Shown here: in pieces, positions 49,001 to 58,000 of the stretch
Numbering within the stretch: position 1 is the stretch's first letter
How the letters are laid out: each line of letters opens with the position of its first letter
Origin: Mobula hypostoma
Lineage: Eukaryota
Assembly (NCBI RefSeq): GCF_963921235.1
Contig: NC_086097.1
Span: 182,964,001-183,028,000 of the forward strand
Reading direction: 5' to 3'
DNA: 64,000 bases
Notes under the pieces: generated by a model
Database searches by the model: none
Told to the model about the DNA's origin: nothing
The model's input: only the letters and a program-made list of their open reading frames with translations
Program-made: the position numbers and the translations under genes

Positions 49001-52000
49001 CCTCAGACCTTCATCATTTTATCTAGCTCTCTTTCTCTTTCTATTTATCCATGCTTCCATGTCTTTACACTGCCCCCCATCTCTACACCGTCTCTCTATC
49101 CCTCCCCGTCCCCCACGTCGTCTGTCCATTTCTCCCCCAACACCATCTCCCCATCATCCCACAATATTTCCCCAATCCTCCACACCGACCCTCATCCCCC
49201 GACATCATCTCCCCATCTCTCCTATACTGTCTCCCTCACACACCATCCGTATCTGCCTCTGCCCCATCTCCACTTGTGCCACATGTCTCTGACTGCAGCC
49301 GTTTCAGAGCCAGCCCCTCTGGAGTCGCGCATTGCCCAGACCAGGGAAGGACAGCACATTTCCTCTCCTCTAAAGCATCAGCAAACCTGATGGGTTGGGC
49401 TTTAGCCAAATCAATGGTTTTGTGGTCGGTATTACCAATGACTATTTATTCTAAACAATTGTAAATTTCACAGCTGGTGGGACGAAATTGGAATATGCCT
49501 CCCCGGATTGGATCCTGTAATCTAACCTCTGCACCACCACTGTTCCTATTGGTGGAACTGGAGATTAAATAGGCTGCACTTCCATCGAACATTGGAGGCC
49601 ATTCTGACCACCAAGTCTATGCTGTTCCCCTAGAGTAATCCGTTTCCCCCACTGAATTCCATTCTCCCCAGATTCCACAGATGTCCTGTATGTGAGAAGT
49701 AATTTACAGCATCCAGTTGACTTGCCAGCATATGCTCTGTGTGGAAGTTTGGGGTTCTGCCTGGTTCCAATAAAGTTCCAACCAGCACAACCTCTCTCCA
49801 TTACTCTGTCTCTTGACTTCTAGCAACATCTTCTGCACTCTTTCCAGCTTTCTGGCACCTTTCCTACAGCAGGACCAATATTGAACATGGCATTTCGAAC
49901 GTGTCCTCACCTGCATCTTCTACATCCTTTTCTACATCTACTATAACCGCAACATAACATCCCAGCTCCTGTGCCGTGCAGGGTTTCCAGTTTCCTCAGT
50001 GCCCGTTCTTCTGTTTGTAGAGGTTGGCTGTCCATCAGATCGGTTGTACCGGGAGTGTGTGGGTGCCGAGGGTTGTCCCTACAGCTGTGCTCATCTCAGT
50101 GGCCTGGTGGATTGTTTCAGCGATGGCTGTGAAGAGGGATGCCACTGTCCTGTCAACATGTACCTGCACAATGGAACCTGTGTCAAGGTGAGAAGTCAGA
50201 AGGCTCAGTGAAGGTGCAGGACAAGGGCTCAGTTTCCAATCTTTGCTCATTCCCATACAGTGCAGGTGTTGATCTTTGACTGCAGGTTTGCTCTAGCTCC
50301 ATCTATGACTGGTTCTTCAGATGATTACATTTACATTGCTGGGTGATATCTTGGAGCATCAGTCCTGGGCCCAACATATTGATGCAGCCACAAAGAAGGT
50401 GCCCCAAGGCTGTACTTCGTTTAGAGTTTGAGGAGATATGGTATGTCACCAAAGACTCCTACAAGTTTCTAAAGATGTATGGTGGAGAGCGTTTTGCCTG
50501 GTTGCATCAGGGTCTGGTATGAAGCCTTCAATAGACAGGTCACAGGAGGCTGCTGGGGCTGTAGACACAGCCAGCCCCAAAACAGACGCAAGCCTCTCCT
50601 CCCTTGAGAAGGCAGCATCCATCATTAAGGACCTTCGCTATCTAGGATATTCCATATTTTCATTATTTTCATCAGGAAGGAGGTACAGGAGCCTGACAGA
50701 AGACACACACTCAGTGATTCAGAAACAGTTTCTTCCCCTCCGCCATCAGATGTCTAAACGGTCCATGAACACTGCCACATTAGTCCTTTTTTCCACTATT
50801 TATTTTTGTAAGTTAGAAAAAAATTATGTTTACATTGTATTGCTGCCGTAAAACAAGAAATTTCATGTCATATGTCAATGATAATAGTCCTGATTGTGAT
50901 TCATTGTATTGAGTCTGTCTATCTGTCAGTCTGTCTTAGACCATGTGTTTGTGTGTCTTCTGTTGGTCAGTGTACAGTACCCATAAAAAGTATTCATCCT
51001 CCTTGGAAGTTCCCATGTTTTATTGAACAATACAATCACAGTGAACTTAATTTGTTTTTTTTTGACACTGATCAACAGAAAAAAACTCTTTTGTGTCAAA
51101 GTGGAAACAGATCTCTACAAAGTGAACTACATTAATTACAAATATAAAACACAAAATAATTGTTTCTGTAAGTACTCACCCCTTTCATGTCAGTATTGAG
51201 TAGATGCACCTCTGGCAGCAATTACAGCCTTGAGTCTGTGTGGATAGGTCTCTATCAGCTTTGCACATCTGGACACTGTAATTTTTCCTCATTCTTCTTT
51301 ACAAAATTGCTCAAGCTCTGTCAGATTGCATGGGGATCGTGAGTGAACAGCCCTTTGCAAGTCCAGCCACAAATTCTCAACTGGATTGAGGTCTGGGCTC
51401 TGACTTGGCCACTCCAGGACATTAACTATGTTGTTTTTAAGCCATTCTTGTGAAGATTTAGCTTTATGCTAGGGGTCATTGTCTTGCTGGAAAACAAATC
51501 TTCTCCCAAGTCACCATTCTCTTGCAGACTGCGCTGAGTTTCCCTCCAGGATTTCCCTGTATTTTGCTGCATTTGTTTTACCTTCCACCTTTACAAGCCT
51601 TCCAGGGCCTGCTGCAGTGAAGCATCCCCACAGTATGATGCAGCCACCACCAAGGAAGAGATGGTGTGTGTTTGATTATGTGCCGTGTTTAGCTTACACC
51701 AAACATGACGTTTATTCTGATGGCCAAAAAGCTCAATTTTGGTTTTATCAGACCATAGAATCTTCTCCCAGCTGACTTCAGAGTCTCCCACATGCCTTCT
51801 GGCAAACTCTAGCTGAGAATTCATGTCAGTTTCTTTCAACAGTGGCTTTCTCTTTGCCACTCTCCCATAAACCTGTGACTGGTGAAGCACCCGGACAACA
51901 GTTATATGCACAGCCTCTCCCCTCTAAACCATTGAAGCTTTTTGTAGGTCTCTTGGTGGCCCCTTTCACTGATCCCCTTCTTGCATGGTCACTCAGGTTT

Positions 52001-55000
52001 TGAGGACAGCCTGCTCTTGGCAGGTTTACAGATGTGCCATATTCTTTGCATTTCTTGATGACTGACTTAACTGTACTCCGAGGAATATTCAGTGACTTGG
52101 GAATTTTCTTGTATCCATCTCCTGACCTGTGCTTTTCAATAACCATTTCGTCGAGTTGCTTGGAATTTTTTTTTTGTCTTCATGGTGTAGTTTTTGCCAG
52201 GATACTGACTCACCAGTTGTTGGACCTTTCAAAGATGCAGGTGTATTTTTACTACAATCAATTGAAACACCTTGACTGTACACAGGTCTCTGAAGACAGA
52301 TCTCCATTTAACTAATTATGTGAATTCTAAAACCGATTGATTGCATTGGTGATTATTTGGTGTGTCACATTAAGGGGGGGGGGTGAATACTTATGCAATC
52401 ATTTATTTTGTGTTTTATATTTGTAATTAATTTAGATCACTTTGTAGGAATCTGTTTTCAATGTGACACAAAAGAGTCTTTCTGTTGATCAGTGTCAAAA
52501 AAGACCAAATTAAATCCACTGTGATTCAGTGTTGTAAAACAATAAAACATGAAAATTTCCAAAAGGAGCAAATACTTTTTATAGGCACAGTAAGTGTCGA
52601 TCTGAGTGTGCACATTTGTTCATGTCAGTAAGTGTCGATCTGAGTGTGCACGTGTTTGTGCATGTCAGTCAGTGTCGATCTGAGTGTGCACGTTTGTGCA
52701 TGTCAGTAAGTGTTGATCTGAGTGTGCACGTGTTTGTGCATGTCAGTCAGTGTCGATCTGAGTGTGCACGTGTTTGTGCATGTCAGTAAGTGTCGATCTG
52801 AGTGTGTACGTGTTTGTGCCTGTCAGTCAGTGTCGATCTGAGTGTGCACGTGTTTGTGCATGTCAGTCAGTGTCGATCTGAGTGTGCACGTGTTTGTGCA
52901 TGTCAGTCAGTGTCGATCTGAGTGTGCACGTGTTTGTGCATGTCAGTCAGTGTCGATCTGAGTGTGTACGTGTTTGTGCATGTCAGTCAGTGTCGATCTG
53001 AGTGTGTACGTGTTTGTGCACGTCAGTAAGTGTCGATCTGAGTGTGCACATGTTTGTGCATGTCAGTAAGTGTCGATCTGAGTGTGCACGTGTTTGTGCA
53101 TGTCAGTCAGTGTCGATCTGAGTGTGTACGTGTTTGTACATGTCAGTAAGTGTCGATCTGAGTGTGCACGTGTTTGTACATGTCAGTAAGTGTCGATCTG
53201 AGTGTGCACGTGTTTGTGCATGTCAGTCAGTGTTGATCTGAGTGTGCACGTGTTTGTGCATGTCAGTCAGTGTCGATCTGAGTGTGCACGTTTGTGCATG
53301 TCAGTCAGTGTCGATCTGAGTGTGCACGTGTTTGTGCATGTCAGTCAGTGTCGATCTGAGTGTGCATGTGTTTGTGCATGTCAGTCAGTGTCGATCTGAG
53401 TGTGTACGTGTTTGTGCATGTCAGTCAGTGTCGATCTGAGTGTGTACGTGTTTGTGCACGTCAGTAAGTGTCGATCTGAGTGTGCACGTGTTTGTGCATG
53501 TCAGTCAGTGTCGATCTGAGTGTGCACGTGTTTGTGCATGTCAGTAAGTGTCGATCTGAGTGTGTACGTGTTTGTGCATGTCAGTCAGTGTTGATCTGAG
53601 TGTGCACGTGTTTGTGCATGTCAGTCAGTGTCGATCTGAGTGTGCACGTGTTTGTGCATGTCAGTCAGTGTCGATCTGAGTGTGCACGTGTTTGTGCATG
53701 TCAGTCAGTGTCGATCTGAGTGTGTACGTGTTTGTGCATGTCAGTCAGTGTCGATCTGAGTGTGTACGTGTTTGTGCACGTCAGTAAGTGTCGATCTGAG
53801 TGTGCACGTGTTTGTGCATGTCAGTAAGTGTCGATCTGAGTGTGCACGTGTTTGTGCATGTCAGTCAGTGTCGATCTGAGTGTGTACGTGTTTGTACATG
53901 TCAGTAAGTGTCGATCTGAGTGTGCACGTGTTTGTACATGTCAGTAAGTGTCGATCTGAGTGTGCACGTGTTTGTGCATGTCAGTCAGTGTTGATCTGAG
54001 TGTGCACGTGTTTGTGCATGTCAGTCAGTGTCGATCTGAGTGTGCACGTTTGTGCATGTCAGTCAGTGTCGATCTGAGTGTGCACGTGTTTGTGCATGTC
54101 AGTCAGTGTCGATCTGAGTGTGCACGTGTTTGTGCATGTCAGTCAGTGTCGATCTGAGTGTGTACGTGTTTGTGCATGTCAGTCAGTGTCGATCTGAGTG
54201 TGTACGTGTTTGTGCACGTCAGTAAGTGTCGATCTGAGTGTGCACGTGTTTGTGCATGTCAGTAAGTGTCGATCTGAGTGTGCACGTGTTTGTGCATGTC
54301 AGTCAGTGTCGATCTGAGTGTGTACGTGTTTGTACATGTCAGTAAGTGTCGATCTGAGTGTGCACGTGTTTGTACATGTCAGTAAGTGTCGATCTGAGTG
54401 TGCACGTGTTTGTGCATGTCAGTCAGTGTTGATCTGAGTGTGCACGTGTTTGTGCATGTCAGTCAGTGTCGATCTGAGTGTGCACGTTTGTGCATGTCAG
54501 TCAGTGTCGATCTGAGTGTGTACGTGTTTGTGCACGTCAGTAAGTGTCGATCTGAGTGTGTACGTGTTTGTGCATGTCAGTCAGTGTCGATCTGAGTGTG
54601 TACGTGTTTGTGCATGTCAGTCAGTGTCGATCTGAGTGTGTACGTGTTTGTGCACGTCAGTAAGTGTCGATCTGAGTGTGTACGTGTTTGTGCATGTCAG
54701 TCAGTGTCGATCTGAGTGTGTACGTGTTTGTGCACGTCAGTAAGTGTCGATCTGAGTGTGTACGTGTTTGTGCATGTCAGTCAGTGTTGATCTGAGTGTG
54801 CACGTGTTTGTGCATGTCAGTCAGTGTCGATCTGAGTGTGCACGTTTGTGCATGTCAGTAAGTGTCGATCTGAGTGTGTACGTGTTTGTGCACGTCAGTC
54901 AGTGTTGATCTGAGTGTGCACGTGTTTGTGCATGTCAGTCAGTGTCGATCTGAGTGTGCACGTGTTTGTGCATGTCAGTCAGTGTCGATCTGAGTGTGCA

Positions 55001-58000
55001 CGTTTGTGCACGTCAGTAAGTGTCGATCTGAGTGTGCACGTGTTTGTGCATGTCAGTCAGTGTTGATCTGAGTGTGCACGTTTGTGCATGTCAGTAAGTG
55101 TCGATCTGAGTGTGCACGTTTGTGCACATCAGTAAGTGTCGATCTGAGTGTGCACGTGTTTGTACATGTCAGTAAGTGTCGATCTGAGTGTGCACGTGTT
55201 TGTGCATGTCAGTCAGTGTTGATCTGAGTGTGCACGTGTTTGTGCATGTCAGTCAGTGTCGATCTGAGTGTGCACGTGTTTGTGCATGTCAGTCAGTGTC
55301 GATCTGAGTGTGCACGTGTTTGTGCATGTCAGTCAGTGTTGATCTGAGTGTGCACGTTTGTGCATGTCAGTAAGTGTCGATCTGAGTGTGCACGTGTTTG
55401 TGCATGTCAGTCAGTGTCGATCTGAGTGTGCACGTTTGTGCACGTCAGTAAGTGTCGATCTGAGTGTGCACGTGTTTGTGCATGTCAGTCAGTGTTGATC
55501 TGAGTATGCACATGTTTGTACATGTCAGTCTGGATGCAGGGAGCACAAGGGCCCCACACCCTGCTCAGAACACGAAAGGGTTGATGTGACCCATAGATTT
55601 CCACAGTCTGATGAATGCTGTCGTCACTACTCAATCTTTTTCCTCTTCGGACTCGAGATTGATTACCTTGAAATTTGCTGTGTTTCCCACCCAGGAGTGC
55701 AGCTGTGTTATAACTGAGGACATTCTGCAGTTATTCCGGAATCATTCTCTGAATCCGTCGATCATTCCCACTTTCCTGACAGAGGATGGGGCCATTCTAC
55801 AGGAGGAGGTCTCTCCGGGAGTCACTCTGCAGTACGAATGCAGCAACTGGTGAGGAGATATTCATTTTGAGGCAATCGGTGCCTACAGATGATCAGCAGC
55901 TGGTATCACTCAATGTAGAGACAATGAGACAACTGATTGGAGAAAACTTCGCAAAGAACAAAGTCATTGCTGTATAAAACACAAGGACAGGAAAGGGTTG
56001 TTTTGCCCATTGGGTTTTCTCTGGCTGTGAAAGATTTCCTGTTAGTCCCACAGTCTTCTACTGCGCAACTCTCCCTCACTTAAATCCAAATCACGCGCTA
56101 GTCTCGACACCATCATTATGGTGTCGAGCTCCTCATCGACGTCAACGATGGACGAACAACAACACTGTCCTCACAAACCTGAAACTTCTTAGTGGATTTG
56201 TTCCTACTGTCATGAAGGTTCTGAAGAGTTGACCAAAAGGATTAATAACAGCAGGATAGTAGACATCATCAACATGGACTTTACAAGGCTTTTGACAAGG
56301 TCCCTTGTGTTAGGGTGGTCTGAAGGATGAGATCACTTGGGATCCAGGGACAGCTAACCAATTGGATACAGAGTTGGCTTGGTGGAAAGAGACAAAGGGG
56401 TTAGTGTTCCTGTTAAGTTTGAATTGCTTTCTCATGGTCCTATAATTGTCCAGTACAGTGGGGTGTGGCAGTGAGGGATCAGTATGCAATAGGTGGTTAT
56501 GTGAGAGAGTTGTACATATAGAACAGTGCAGTGCTTCTGAGACAATTTGATCCACGATGTTGTGCCAATTTATATTCAATGTTCTCCTCCTGTGAATCAT
56601 CCATATCCCTCTGTTCATATGCCTGGAGTTGGATGTGGTAGGGGAGGTTCCTAATGAAAACTTTTCTCCAGTATTCACCAGTGAGAGGGACCTTGATGAA
56701 TGTGAGGTCAGTGTGAAACAGGCTGATACACTGGAACATGTCAAAATTAAGAAAAAAATGTGCTCAAACGTTTGAAAATCATTAGGAGGTACTCAGGTTA
56801 CTATGGGAAGTAACTGAAGGAACTACTGCACCTTTGGTGAGGATATTTAGTCATAGTCATACTTCATTGATCACGGGGGAAATTGGTTTTCGTTACAGTT
56901 GCACCATAAATAATAAATAGTAATTAAACCATAAATAGTTAAATAGTAATATGTAAATATGTAAATTGTGCCAGGAAATAAGTCTAGGACCAGCCTATTG
57001 GCTCAGGGTGTCTGATCCTCCAAGGGAGGAGTTGTAAAGTTTGATGGCCACAGGCAGGAATGACTTCCTATAATGCTCTGTGTTGCATCTCGGTGGAATG
57101 AGTCTCTGGCCATTATGTAGTACAATGTTTAGTGGATGGGAGACATTGTCCAAGATGGCAGGCAACTTGGACAGCATCCTCTTTTCAGACACCACCATCA
57201 GAGAGTCCAGTTCCATCCCTACAACATCACTGGCCTTATGAATGAGTTTGTTCATTCTGTTGGTGTCTGCTACCCTCAGCCTGCCGCCCCAGCACACAAC
57301 AGCAAACATAATAGCACTGGCCACCACAGACTCGTAGAACATCCTCAGCATCGTCCGACAGATGTTAAAGGACATTTGTGTACTCACTGCCCACAGGAGT
57401 AGTCCCAGAAGACCGAGGGTTCATGTTTTAAAAAAGGTAACTGGGATCATCCTGGGAATTATAGACCCAGTGGTGGGCAAACTATTGGAAAGGATTCTTA
57501 GCGGTAGGATTTACACTCATTTGGAGAAGCGTAGGCTGATTAGGAATAATGAAAATGACTTTGTGAGGTATAGGTCATGCCTTGCAAGCCTGAGGAAATG
57601 ACAAAACAAATAGATGAAGATCGAGCGGTTGACGTGGATTTTAGTAAGGTGTTTGACTAGGTTCCCTTAGGTAGGACATGAAATTCAGGGAAACTTGGCT
57701 GTGCGAATTCAGAATTGACTTGCCTTCAGAAGGCAGGGCATGTAGTAGATGAACGTATTCTGAGTGCAGGTGAGTGACCAATGGTGTTCCGCAGGGATCT
57801 GTTATGGGACCCCTACTTCTAGAGATTTTTATGAATAACTTAGAAGAGGAAGCGGAAGGCTGGGTTAGTAAGTTTACAGAAGACATGAAGGGTAATGGAT
57901 AGAGTAGAAAGTTGTTGTAAATTTCAAAGGGTCATTGATAGGATGCAGAGTTGGGCTGGGAAGTGGCAGATGAAGTTCAATCCAAAGGTTCAAAAAAGTT

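Noticed and set aside
53202..54595. Three 65-aa repeated ORFs
   Set aside because: Satellite translations.
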